Positions 17,156-26,679 of a stretch of DNA of 63,409 nt are shown here, piece after piece. Where the stretch lies: assembly GCA_947589065.1 (NCBI GenBank), contig CANPZM010000002.1, positions 1 through 63,409 of the forward strand, read 5' to 3'. The DNA comes from an uncultured Clostridia bacterium (GTDB lineage Bacteria; Bacillota; Clostridia; TANB77; CAG-508). Position numbers and translations under genes: made by a program. The notes beneath the pieces were generated by a model. The model was not told where the DNA came from. It did not search any database and worked only from the letters and a program-made list of their open reading frames with translations. The first letter of the stretch is position 1. Each line of letters opens with the position of its first letter.

Positions 17156-18148
17156 TTAAATATCTTTATCTTGTTTTTCCAATTTATATTGCTTAAGTAT
17201 CCAATCTAATGCATTTTCTCCATCTCTTATTTCTGGAATTTTAGATAATAAGCTATCAAAATCTTCGTGTTCACTCCTAATTTTATAATATAATTCAGCA
17301 ACCATTTTTTCTCTGTCTTCCTTTTTTCCATTATGAATTCTTCTATGGCAATTTGGACACAAATTTATTAAGTTCATTTCATTATTTATTACATCTTTAG
17401 GAAACTCTTCATTATTTCTTCCATTAAATTGCTGTATTAAATGATGTTGCTCATAATAATTCAAACCATTTTCTTTTACAAATGTTGTATGATTTTCGTG
17501 TTTAAATTTTGGTGATGTTTGTAAAGAACATCGTGAAATTGTATTCATGTGATTTATTAAAGATTCAAGACTAATCATCTTATGTTTTTTAGTTTCATTT
17601 TCTAAGTCATCAATAAGTTTCTTTTGATAATAATCTTGTTTTCCGTTTATTATCTTTTCTTGTAAAAAATCTTCCTTTAAATGTTGTTTACCTTGAAAGT
17701 TATTTATTCCATACTCTTCACGCAACTTATCCTCTGAAAACTTTTCTCTTCCATCTTTCACACACATTGCCGTTTTTAATTTTAATAAAATCCCTGGAAT
17801 TTTTTCATTTGAATCATTATCGTTAGGATTTTTTTCTTCATCATATTCATAGTAGAAACAATTTTCATTTTCATTCTTTTTGTAAGCATCAATAACTTCA
17901 CATTTTAATAAAATTCTGTTCATTCTATCTGGAAGATTTGTATAATATATATATGCTATATCACCTTTTTCAACTTTTAAATTTCCACTATTTTTCCATA
18001 AGAATCCCGCATATTCATCATTATCGTTTTCTTCCTTTAGTTTTTCGAAATTAAAAGTTTCAAAATTTGCTGGAAATAAGTGAAACTTATAATGTGCCTT
18101 TTTTCCATCTTTTACACTTTCAAATTTTGATATTTTCTTATTACTCAT
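17156..18148 (-). CDS. HNH endonuclease with an N-terminal, possibly PUA-like (EVE/ASCH-type) domain
   Basis: The C-terminal HNH motif reads YYEQHHLIQ...NLINLCPNCHRRIHNG. The N-terminal ~110 aa (GDIAYIYYT...RILLKCEVIDAY) is reminiscent of the EVE/ASCH beta-barrel, but this is an unverified impression. Confidence 0.7.
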   Translation of the reverse strand: MSNKKISKFESVKDGKKAHYKFHLFPANFETFNFEKLKEENDNDEYAGFLWKNSGNLKVEKGDIAYIYYTNLPDRMNRILLKCEVIDAYKKNENENCFYYEYDEEKNPNDNDSNEKIPGILLKLKTAMCVKDGREKFSEDKLREEYGINNFQGKQHLKEDFLQEKIINGKQDYYQKKLIDDLENETKKHKMISLESLINHMNTISRCSLQTSPKFKHENHTTFVKENGLNYYEQHHLIQQFNGRNNEEFPKDVINNEMNLINLCPNCHRRIHNGKKEDREKMVAELYYKIRSEHEDFDSLLSKIPEIRDGENALDWILKQYKLEKQDKDI

Positions 18149-18270
18149 AAACTTTCCTCTTAATTTTTTTCATATATTTTAGTACTTACAACTATTGTGG
18201 TTGCAAAAAGTAAAAATTCTAAGTAAAACTTTTGATTTTTATATAATTGCAACCATTTATTAAAATTCAA

Positions 18271-18708
18271 TTATAATCTATTATATTCTTCATCCGTAAC
18301 AGGTTCAAGCCATTCATTAGAAGTATTTTCTCCTGGTACTTCTACTGCAATATGACTAAACCAAGAATTTGCTTTTGCACCATGCCAATGTTTTACATTA
18401 GCTGGAATTACAACAATATCTCCTACTTTTAAACTTTGTGCTTTTTTTCCTTCTTCTTGATACCATCCTTCTCCTTCAACACAAATTAAAACTTGACCTC
18501 CACCCTTTTCTGCTTTATGAATATGCCAATTATTTCTACATTTAGGTTCAAAAGTTACATTTGCAAAACTTATTCCATTTTCAGTTTTAGCAAGTTGTTT
18601 TAAATATGAATTTCCTATAAAATATTTTGCAAAATTTACATTTGGTTCTCCCATTCCAAAAGCACCACCATGGGTTTCTGTAAAATTTTCATTTATCTGA
18701 TTTTCCAT
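18271..18708 (-). CDS. Cupin domain protein
   Basis: The cupin motifs WHIH...GGGQVLICVEGEGW and GDIVVIPANVKHWHGA are present. Confidence 0.8.
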   Translation of the reverse strand: MENQINENFTETHGGAFGMGEPNVNFAKYFIGNSYLKQLAKTENGISFANVTFEPKCRNNWHIHKAEKGGGQVLICVEGEGWYQEEGKKAQSLKVGDIVVIPANVKHWHGAKANSWFSHIAVEVPGENTSNEWLEPVTDEEYNRL

Positions 18709-18735
18709 TATACATCAATTCCTTTCTTTTTATAT

Positions 18736-19269
18736 CTATTTATATTCAACAATTTCTGATAAATCTTTTCTAATCTTGTGCATAGGTGAAGGTATACAAT
18801 CGTCAGTCTTATATCCTAATGGAATAAGGCATATTGGTTCAATATTGGCATCTAAATTAAATTCTTCTTTTAAAATATTTTTATCAAACATCTCTATCCA
18901 TATATTGTTTACTCCAAGATTTGTAGCCTCTAGCATCATGTGAGTAGCAACTATACAAGCATCCATTTCATAAGTTGAATAATCACCTTTTGACCATGCA
19001 ATGTTTTTATCACTTGCTACAATTATACAAACTGGTGCATTATATCTGCATGGACTTGCTTTATCTATTTTTTCTAATCCTTCTTTAGATTTAACTACAT
19101 ATATCTTTTGTGGTTGACTGTTTTTTGCTGTAGGAGCTAGATTCCCTGCCTCTAATATTTTATTTATCAACTCATCATTAATCACATCATCTTTAAATTT
19201 TCTAGCTGCAAATCTTTCTCGAATAACTTTTTCGAATTCCATTTTAATCCTCCATTTTTTTGTTAACAT
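18736..19269 (-). CDS. Nitroreductase family protein
   Basis: RFAARKF...ILEAGNLAPTAKNSQP signature. The likely start is MEFEK at 19242. Confidence 0.85.
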   Translation of the reverse strand: MLTKKWRIKMEFEKVIRERFAARKFKDDVINDELINKILEAGNLAPTAKNSQPQKIYVVKSKEGLEKIDKASPCRYNAPVCIIVASDKNIAWSKGDYSTYEMDACIVATHMMLEATNLGVNNIWIEMFDKNILKEEFNLDANIEPICLIPLGYKTDDCIPSPMHKIRKDLSEIVEYK

Positions 19270-19272
19270 ATT

Positions 19273-20025
19273 CTAATAATTTAAACTATTAACCCAGTCT
19301 GTTACTTCACTCTGTGATGTAGTAAGTCTTTCTCCATCTAGCCAATTAACATTTTTGTAATTACTTTTGAAGTAATTAACACTTGTAGATATTCCAGAGC
19401 TTCCTGATGTACAAAATGGAATAACTGTTTTTCCACTCAAATCATAATTATCTAAAAATGTTAAAATTATTCTTGGTGCATCTCCAAACCAAATTGGATA
19501 ACCTAAGTAAATTACATCATAAGAATCTGTATCAATAGTATTTGAAATTTCTGGTCTAGCAGAAGAGTCGTTTTGTTCTTTTGTAGCTCTGCTATTGTTA
19601 TTATTATAGCTTAAGTCTTCATCAGTATATTGTTCCTTTGGTTCTATTTTTATTAAGTCTCCACCTGTTGCATCTTTTATATATTCTGCAACTTTTTCGG
19701 TAGTTCCTGTTGCAGAAAAGTAAATGATTGCTATTTTTTGATTGTCAGAAGTTTCACTATTTACTGTATTATCTGTTGCATTATCTAATGTATTTTCTGC
19801 TGTATTATCTACAATATTATCTACAGTATTTTCTACAATATTGGATACACTATTTTCTTCAACATTATTCTCATTTTCATTCATATTTGCATTTGAATTT
19901 AAATTATTATTAGCATTATTTGATTCATTAGAATTATTAGAACTAACTAACCAAATACTAACTCCTGCCACAATTGCCACAATTGCAATTATCGCAATTA
20001 TTAAAGCTATTATCTTTTTATTCAT
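19273..20025 (-). CDS. Membrane-anchored flavodoxin-like protein
   Basis: N-terminal TM helix and an Asn/Asp-rich low-complexity linker. The flavodoxin core follows: IAIIYFSATGTTEKVAEYI...YLGYPIWFGDAP...PFCTSGSSG. Confidence 0.8.
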   Translation of the reverse strand: MNKKIIALIIAIIAIVAIVAGVSIWLVSSNNSNESNNANNNLNSNANMNENENNVEENSVSNIVENTVDNIVDNTAENTLDNATDNTVNSETSDNQKIAIIYFSATGTTEKVAEYIKDATGGDLIKIEPKEQYTDEDLSYNNNNSRATKEQNDSSARPEISNTIDTDSYDVIYLGYPIWFGDAPRIILTFLDNYDLSGKTVIPFCTSGSSGISTSVNYFKSNYKNVNWLDGERLTTSQSEVTDWVNSLNY

Positions 20026-20100
20026 TATTATTTTCCTTCTTTCTTAATTTTTTTTTACATCCTTTTGAAAATAATTTTTAAATTCCTCCTTTGCTCTAAT

Positions 20101-20709
20101 CTATAATAATTTTATTATGCTTTCATACGCCATTTCATATATTGAAAAAAACTTGAATGGAACTTCAGCATCTCTCATAGCCTCTTTTTGCTTATCTGTA
20201 GCACGAGTATATGGATAAAGCCCATACATTAATGGGAAAAATGAAAAAATAAATTTTTCTTTTTCATCTTCTGACATGTTTTTAAAAAATTTATCTAAGC
20301 ATTTTTTTATTAATTTTAATGATGCTCCATAACTTTTTTTAAAGTCTACTAATTGCTCCATACGGCTATTAGCTTCCATATCATATAAGTTCATTGAAAT
20401 CAATTTTAAAAGTTGTTCTCTTTTTTCAATTGATTTTGCTATTTGATTAGCAAATTCTACTTTATCTAATTTTTCATTTTTAACATATATATCTTCTAAA
20501 TCTATTAACCACCTTTGATATTCTCTTTTTAAAAGTGCCAAAAATATTTCTTCTTTGGTCTGAAAATAATTATAAATAGACGGTCTTGAAAATGTAGTTT
20601 TTTCACTTATATCTTTAAGTGTTATTTCTTTAAAACTTTTTGTTTGATATAATTCTTCACAAGCATTTATAATTTCATCTTTTCTTTCATTTGATGACTT
20701 AATTTCCAT
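20101..20709 (-). CDS. TetR/AcrR family transcriptional regulator
   Basis: N-terminal HTH: FKEITLKDISEKTTFSRPSIYNYFQTKEEIFLALL. Confidence 0.88.
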   Translation of the reverse strand: MEIKSSNERKDEIINACEELYQTKSFKEITLKDISEKTTFSRPSIYNYFQTKEEIFLALLKREYQRWLIDLEDIYVKNEKLDKVEFANQIAKSIEKREQLLKLISMNLYDMEANSRMEQLVDFKKSYGASLKLIKKCLDKFFKNMSEDEKEKFIFSFFPLMYGLYPYTRATDKQKEAMRDAEVPFKFFSIYEMAYESIIKLL

Positions 20710-20726
20710 TTAATCCTCCCCTATCA

Positions 20727-21515
20727 TTAAATGCTTTTTATAATACTAATTGTATTCATCGTATTAGGGAATCCTATATAAGGTAGACATTGTAACATTG
20801 TAGCTAGTAATTTTTCTTTTGAATTACCTATCTTTATATTTCCCAATACATGAGCTTTTATTTGAGTATCTGCTCTCATTGTTGTTAATCCAACTAATAC
20901 AAGTAATTCTCTTGTTTTAATATCTAATCCTTTTCTTGTATAAAAATCTCCAAAGCCAAACTCTGTTAAATATTTTGGAATTTCTGGTACATCAGGATAT
21001 TTTTCTTTTATCTCATCTCCATATATAGGATTTTGAATATTAAAACCTTTTTCAAATCTTGTTTCATCTGCTACTGTTCCCATATTTTCTAATGGTAATT
21101 TGATTTCTCTTGACTTAAAAACTTCATTCATTGTACTAACTGCATTTAATGTTCTTGGAAATCCTATAAAAGGTGCTAATTGATAAATAGATTCTCTTAT
21201 TTCTATAGGTGTAGCTCCTACATTTAATGCTGCATTTATATGTGCTGATAATTGTGGTAAAGTTTGTAAAACTGCTAAAATTGTTACTGTAATTAATTCT
21301 CTTTCTTTCATGTTTAGTTCTTCACTACTATGAAACACATCTCCAAATATAAATCTTCTTAAAATTTCCATTAATTCATGATCTATTTCTTTATTTGCAT
21401 CTGGCAATTCTCCAAATAATTTGTTAAAAACTTCTTTGCTTTCTTCAAATCGATTCATTTTTACCCCTTCTTTCTCTGACATATTGTCAGCAACATAATA
21501 TAATATTGCTGACAC
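20727..21515 (-). CDS. Carboxymuconolactone decarboxylase (CMD/AhpD-like) family protein, two-domain
   Basis: Two CMD-like repeats (ELITVTILAVLQTLPQLSAHINAAL and ELLVLVGLTTMRADTQIKAHVLGNI). The likely start is MNRFEES at 21458. Confidence 0.75.
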   Translation of the reverse strand: MSAILYYVADNMSEKEGVKMNRFEESKEVFNKLFGELPDANKEIDHELMEILRRFIFGDVFHSSEELNMKERELITVTILAVLQTLPQLSAHINAALNVGATPIEIRESIYQLAPFIGFPRTLNAVSTMNEVFKSREIKLPLENMGTVADETRFEKGFNIQNPIYGDEIKEKYPDVPEIPKYLTEFGFGDFYTRKGLDIKTRELLVLVGLTTMRADTQIKAHVLGNIKIGNSKEKLLATMLQCLPYIGFPNTMNTISIIKSI

Positions 21516-21542
21516 AATGTCAATATATTTTTTAATTTAAGT

Positions 21543-22136
21543 TTATTTTTCGAACCTAGCTGTTATACTGTCACTTTCTTCTAAATTAGGGAAATTATCT
21601 ATATGCCCTATTTTTGTATAGCTATAATTTGTATTAAAAGATTTATAAAAAATAACTAAACAATTATTATTATAAAGCATTATATCTCCACATTGTATAT
21701 GTTCAGGATTTAATGGATTTGTAGGCAATGAATTATCCATATATACATATTTTTCATTTCCATTTAATTCATTCATAATAAATTCTTGTGGCAATTGATT
21801 TATAAAAGTTTGTGCTGTTTCATTTTTTTCAATTGTCGCAATATATTCTTCATTATTTATACTTACTTTAATATTCATAACATCTTCCATAGTATCATCT
21901 ACCTCATTATCATTATTATATTTCACATCATTTTGGGTTTCATTAGAATTAGAAATAACATTTTCAGGTATAACATCAGGAGCTGGTTCCTTTATAATAC
22001 TTTTTCCAATTACTAAATATATAGTAATACCAATAATTGCTATCAATATAATAACTAAAACTGCAATAAATATCTTTTTATTCATTTTCATCATAATTTT
22101 TATCTTTCTTTTTATTATTTTTTTATAGTATATCAC
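21543..22136 (-). CDS. Membrane-anchored cyclophilin-like fold protein
   Basis: TM anchor followed by ATIEKNETAQTFINQLP...NGNEKY...GDIMLYNNNCLVIFYKSF. This pattern is typical of the cyclophilin-like superfamily proteins often found next to flavodoxins. Confidence 0.6.
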   Translation of the reverse strand: MIYYKKIIKRKIKIMMKMNKKIFIAVLVIILIAIIGITIYLVIGKSIIKEPAPDVIPENVISNSNETQNDVKYNNDNEVDDTMEDVMNIKVSINNEEYIATIEKNETAQTFINQLPQEFIMNELNGNEKYVYMDNSLPTNPLNPEHIQCGDIMLYNNNCLVIFYKSFNTNYSYTKIGHIDNFPNLEESDSITARFEK

Positions 22137-22197
22137 AAAATTTAAAAGATTAGCTTAAAAAAACTAATCTTTTAAATTAACTATGTATTCTTGATAA

Positions 22198-23268
22198 TTA
22201 TTTCTTTTTTTCTAATTCTATAATTACTTCATCACCATTTGATTTAAAAAGATGTACTTTTAAAGTATCTGTAGCATCATAATTTGTTAAATTAAACGTA
22301 TTATAATATGTTACAGTTCCATCATCTTTAACACATATTTCTCCATCTCCGTCAGATCTTTGAGCTGGATAAAATTTTATTCCTTTTGAATTTTCTACAC
22401 ATTCTTTCTCATTCCAAGTTATACCATCACAATTGCTTAAATAAATTTTAAAAGCAGTATTTGAAACTTTAGCACTTTCCAATATATAATTATTATCACT
22501 AATAGATTTTAATTTATATTCAACAATATTGGATTTTGCCATTTTACTAGGTACATCTATTTCAAAGCTCCATTCTCCTTTAAATATTGTACATTGTTCT
22601 TCTCCATTTATCCAATGTCTATTTCTAATTCTACTAAACGTCACCTTCAATTTTTTAGATGCAGGAAATTCCACTGGATTTCCTGTTGCTGTCAAATAAA
22701 ATTTTATCTCATTATCATTTATTTTTTTATCTGTTTCACCATACGCGCCCTTATAACTATCATATTTTTCCTTAGCTTCTTGCTCTGTTTTATATAAAGA
22801 TGTCATTTCTTCTGATTCAATTTCTCTTGTTGCAAAAACCTTTTCATCCTTTTCATTAACTACTTTTAAATCCATGATATCCAATTTTCCTTCATTTGAT
22901 AACATATCTTCTACATTATAATTACTGTCAAATTTTATATTAATACTCATATCAAAATTATTATCATCTATTAAAAAAGATTCTATACTTGTACTAATTC
23001 CATTTGCTTCCTCATATTTAGTATTTACATCACTATAATATCCACTATTAACTGCAGTTTGAATGCCATCACTACTATTAGCTCCAAACTTATTAATTAT
23101 TTTTGTTGCAGCAAACACCATTCCTGTCATTGAAAGTGCAATACATGCAACTATTCCTATACCCTTTCCAATATTTATTTGTCTCCTATTCATTACTATA
23201 TCCTCCTCTTTTACATTAGATATAGCTATTTTCATTTTTACCTTTTCAAAAATTTTATTATTATTCAT
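22198..23268 (-). CDS. Putative anti-sigma factor (DUF4179-like single-pass membrane protein)
   Basis: Overlaps the stop of the ECF sigma gene. It has a short cytoplasmic N-terminus, one TM helix (IGIVACIALSMTGMVFA) and a large extracytoplasmic domain. Confidence 0.6.
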   Translation of the reverse strand: MNNNKIFEKVKMKIAISNVKEEDIVMNRRQINIGKGIGIVACIALSMTGMVFAATKIINKFGANSSDGIQTAVNSGYYSDVNTKYEEANGISTSIESFLIDDNNFDMSINIKFDSNYNVEDMLSNEGKLDIMDLKVVNEKDEKVFATREIESEEMTSLYKTEQEAKEKYDSYKGAYGETDKKINDNEIKFYLTATGNPVEFPASKKLKVTFSRIRNRHWINGEEQCTIFKGEWSFEIDVPSKMAKSNIVEYKLKSISDNNYILESAKVSNTAFKIYLSNCDGITWNEKECVENSKGIKFYPAQRSDGDGEICVKDDGTVTYYNTFNLTNYDATDTLKVHLFKSNGDEVIIELEKKK

Positions 23269-23800
23269 ACAATCTAACCTCTTTTTTTATTTTATTTCTA
23301 ATTCTATATAATCTCTGTTTTACACTAAATTGAGAAATTTTTTGTTCTCTAGCTATATCTTTAATCGATTTAGAAGAATAATAAAAATCTAAAAATACCT
23401 TTTTATCAATTTCTTTTATGCTCTCTAATTTCTTTTCTATTCTATTAATTTCTTCCATACTATTTTCCAAAAAGTCAATTTTATCATAGCTATACAAAAT
23501 GTTTTCATAATCAGAAATATCAACATTAACTTTTATTTTTCTCAAATATTGTCTTACTACGTTTCTTGTTATTCCAGCAATATACGAACTTAAATGTTTG
23601 TTAATATCTAATTTACTTGTATTGTTCCATAATATAAAAAATACCTCAGAAACTATTTCTTCTTTATCTTCATTATTCAAAATATCTTTTGCCATATTAT
23701 TTATAATAGTAACAATATAAGGTGAATATTTATTTATTATTTTTTCTAAATCAAGTTCATTATTTTTTATATAATCTTTTATTTTTTTACAATCGTCCAA
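23261..23800 (-). CDS. ECF-type sigma-70 family RNA polymerase sigma factor
   Basis: Region 2 (EEIVSEVFFILW) and region 4 HTH (SIKDIAREQKISQFSVKQRLYRIRNKI). Confidence 0.85.
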   Translation of the reverse strand: MDDCKKIKDYIKNNELDLEKIINKYSPYIVTIINNMAKDILNNEDKEEIVSEVFFILWNNTSKLDINKHLSSYIAGITRNVVRQYLRKIKVNVDISDYENILYSYDKIDFLENSMEEINRIEKKLESIKEIDKKVFLDFYYSSKSIKDIAREQKISQFSVKQRLYRIRNKIKKEVRLYE

Positions 23801-23926
23801 TTTAGATCTAAACTCCTTTTGACTTTAAGATACCTTACATCTTTATATTGCTTAAATTTAAAAAAAGGTAACACTTTTATGTAATAATATTTTTTATTAT
23901 AACTTATCAATCATTTATATAACTAA

Positions 23927-24077
23927 GAACAAAAGCGGATATTATTAACATTTTCGCTATTTACGACATTTTAAGGTCCGCGTCTTTGTTCGTCCGCGAA
24001 AAATTGTATAACAATTTTTCTGTGGAATGCTTTATATCATAGGAAATTCATAGAACTTTCCTATGATATAAAAAAAA
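23927..24077 (-). repeat. Intergenic modular repeat, full copy A
   Basis: gaacaaaagcggat...ggtccgcgtctttgttcgtccgcGAAAAATTGTataACAATTTTTCtgtggaatg...tatcatagg-loop-cctatgata. The strand given is the one on which the modules read M3-M2-M1. Confidence 0.9.
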
Positions 24078-24110
24078 GACAAATAATTTCAATTATCTGC
24101 CTTATTTATG

Positions 24111-25073
24111 CTAACTAAAAAAACTAATTTGATTATCAATTTTTAGCCAACTTTTTTGATTAGTCTCTGTTATTTTATCTTCTGGTTCTAATTCTCCAAT
24201 TAAAAATGGAGAATTAAGATTATGCTTTTTTATATTTTCTTTTACCAGTTCTTGATTTGCATTTGCATAACAGTATTTGCACAAATGCATACAAGTATTA
24301 TATGCACCTATGTCATTTCCTAATAAGCAACTACAACCATTTCTTTTACTATTGTTATTTGGTACATTCAAATTACTGTCTATTGCCTTTTCAACTATTT
24401 CTTTACTCATACAACCAGTTATGTCTAGCCCATAATCTTTTAAGAAATTATTTTCGCAACAAGAATGTATTATTATATTATTCTGCTTTCCTATCTTTGA
24501 AAAAGCTGTTGCTATTTGAATTTGTTCCTGTTCATTCGGTGGTCTTAAATCTGGTGAATTTATTTTTACCTTTTTATACATATCTAAGAAACTAATAGTA
24601 CAATCTTCAGTATAACCTTTAAGCTCACATAATAATTTATCAAAACATCTAATGTGCTTATTTACATCAAATTTTTCATTTATAAATATTGGATCATAGC
24701 GAAGTGCAACTGAATTTTTTCCAAAATACTCTGATAACCTCTTGAAATCACTAATTACTTGCTTTTTATCTGGAACATTAGGTTCTATATCTTTTCCATA
24801 AGGTGTAATAGTCACAAACCAAAATTGCTTATATGAATCTAATAATGATAAATTTTGAATTAAAGGATGCGGATTTTTAGTACAAAAAGCAAGACAATCA
24901 ACTACATTAGGATTTAAAATATATTTAGTTACTTGATGCCTATAATATGGATTCCTAACATATACAAAACCTTCTTGTATTCTATTTAATAACCACTTAG
25001 AATAAAAAGCCGGTATATCAGTTCTCATCCCCGTATTTATTATCATATCTAATTTTCCTTTTTTTCTAAACAA
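24111..25073 (-). CDS. DUF1848 domain protein (Cys-rich C-terminus)
   Basis: MIINTGMRTDIPAFYSKWLLNRI...FVYVRNPY N-terminus and a C-terminal cysteine cluster (CSCLLGNDIGAYNTCMHLCKYCYAN), as in DUF1848. The likely start is at 25046. Confidence 0.65.
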   Translation of the reverse strand: MFRKKGKLDMIINTGMRTDIPAFYSKWLLNRIQEGFVYVRNPYYRHQVTKYILNPNVVDCLAFCTKNPHPLIQNLSLLDSYKQFWFVTITPYGKDIEPNVPDKKQVISDFKRLSEYFGKNSVALRYDPIFINEKFDVNKHIRCFDKLLCELKGYTEDCTISFLDMYKKVKINSPDLRPPNEQEQIQIATAFSKIGKQNNIIIHSCCENNFLKDYGLDITGCMSKEIVEKAIDSNLNVPNNNSKRNGCSCLLGNDIGAYNTCMHLCKYCYANANQELVKENIKKHNLNSPFLIGELEPEDKITETNQKSWLKIDNQISFFS

Positions 25074-25095
25074 TTTTTAATATATTCTTTTATTT

Positions 25096-26340
25096 TCAAC
25101 AATTTTTTTCTCCACATAATTTTTTCTTCATAAATTTTAGTATTACATATAAACATATCTGTACAAATCCAAAATACCATAAAACATAATTAATGTGCAT
25201 GTGCATATATGAATGTGCCTTTGCCAAAACAAACCAAGATAAAGTTGTTAACAAAAAATAAATAAACATTATAATGTCTCTTCCATAATTTTTTTCTTTT
25301 TTTATTGCATTGTAAATTAGTATTGCTATCGTAGCTACAAATAATAAATTAAAGTATTCTCCTTGAACACCTAATATAATATCCGTAGACCAAATAAAAT
25401 AATGATTTACTACTTCTAGTACATTCGATTTTAATGAAGAATTTATCTTTTCATTAAAATTATTATTATAAGAACCTGCAAATGTTCTTCTTAATACATC
25501 ATTTCTATATATTTGATTTAATCCTTCTACTATATTTCCATTTCCTCTTACTACACTATGACATAGTATCGCCACGATAAATCCTAATAAACATACTATA
25601 CTAACTACTATTGTAGTTTTTAAAATCTCTTTTCTATTATCTTTTTTTCTTGAATCAAAAATATCAAATATAAAGAATGATACAGTCATCATCATAATTG
25701 ATGATATATATTCATATCCACATAAACATTTCACAAAAATTGCTAAAAATATTGCTGGCACTATTATTTTTTTCTTAGAATAGTTCATTGATAATATTAA
25801 AGCTAATAATACAGGTAAAAACCATGTGAATTCTACCCAATATAAATTTCTCGCAAATGCAGATATCCATGGGGATGTTAAAAATGTTATATAAAATATT
25901 ACTCCCAATAATGAATTATATTTTTTTGATATCAAATAGCTTATTAATAAAAGTACAATTGTTAATAATGTACAAGTAATTAGTTTTAAACCAGCAACAG
26001 ATATATGTAATTTATTGTATAAAAAAGAAAAAAAGTGTCCTTGTAGACCAAATTGTGATGTGTAATCTGTAATAATTATATTGCCTTTAGATTCATCATA
26101 ATTACTTAATGATTTTTCCATCTGTGGAACATTTCCAACAAATTTAGCAACATTACCATCTTCTCTTATTCTTGCTAAACCATAAGCACTTGGATTTATA
26201 TTATATTCATCTTTGCATAATTTAGTAAGTACTAAAAATTCAGAATCATTTTGAAATTTCTCAAAATTTATTTTACCGTATCCTAAATATCCTTTTCCAA
26301 AATTAAGTATCATTAATATTAATAAAAATGCTGCAAACAT
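25096..26340 (-). CDS. Polytopic membrane protein, unknown function (possibly glycan-related)
   Basis: 414 aa with more than 8 hydrophobic helices. No motif recognised. Confidence 0.6.
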   Translation of the reverse strand: MFAAFLLILMILNFGKGYLGYGKINFEKFQNDSEFLVLTKLCKDEYNINPSAYGLARIREDGNVAKFVGNVPQMEKSLSNYDESKGNIIITDYTSQFGLQGHFFSFLYNKLHISVAGLKLITCTLLTIVLLLISYLISKKYNSLLGVIFYITFLTSPWISAFARNLYWVEFTWFLPVLLALILSMNYSKKKIIVPAIFLAIFVKCLCGYEYISSIMMMTVSFFIFDIFDSRKKDNRKEILKTTIVVSIVCLLGFIVAILCHSVVRGNGNIVEGLNQIYRNDVLRRTFAGSYNNNFNEKINSSLKSNVLEVVNHYFIWSTDIILGVQGEYFNLLFVATIAILIYNAIKKEKNYGRDIIMFIYFLLTTLSWFVLAKAHSYMHMHINYVLWYFGFVQICLYVILKFMKKKLCGEKNC

Positions 26341-26473
26341 ATATATATATATATATATTTAAGCGTTTTTTCCTTTATTTTCATTACAGCTCTCCTTGTT
26401 ATTTTCAATTTTTCTATATACACTGCAAATATTATAGTTAATATATAACTATATCTAAAAAAACATAAAAAAA

Positions 26474-26548
26474 TGGCTGGGGTAGTAAGATTCGAACTTA
26501 CGAATGTCGGAGTCAGAGTCCGATGCCTTACCGCTTGGCGATACCCCA
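26474..26548 (-). tRNA. tRNA-Gln (anticodon CUG)
   Basis: The reverse complement is TGGGGTATCGCCAAGCGGTAAGGCATCGGACTCTGACTCCGACATTCGTAAGTTCGAATCTTACTACCCCAGCCA. It forms a clean cloverleaf with anticodon loop CTCTGAC and an encoded CCA. Confidence 0.9.
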
Positions 26549-26565
26549 ATATTTTCAATTTTTTT

Positions 26566-26620
26566 GCAATGTAAGTTTTTTATATAACAGGAAATTTTTA
26601 CTTTACTATTATATAGAAAA
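26566..26620 (-). repeat. Partial, degenerate copy of the repeat family (M3 plus the caatgtaag flank)
   Basis: tgcaatgtaagttttttatataacaggaaatttttactttactattatata aligns with the M3 end of copy E. Confidence 0.6.
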
Positions 26621-26652
26621 TAATACTAGTTATCTTTTCATAACTAGTATTA
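26621..26652 (-). terminator. Terminator after eno
   Basis: The minus strand reads AATACTAGTTATgaaaagATAACTAGTATTattttct. Confidence 0.7.
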
Positions 26653-26679
26653 TACACTTAAACATTATATTTATCAAGG

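Noticed and set aside
19700-19930. Short DNA periodicity in the flavodoxin linker (repeated gtattatct/acaatatt units encoding DN(T/I)V-type repeats).
   Set aside because: This is a low-complexity Asn/Asp/Thr linker within an intact CDS. The repeats are short and imperfect, typical of AT-rich spacer regions rather than a distinct element.
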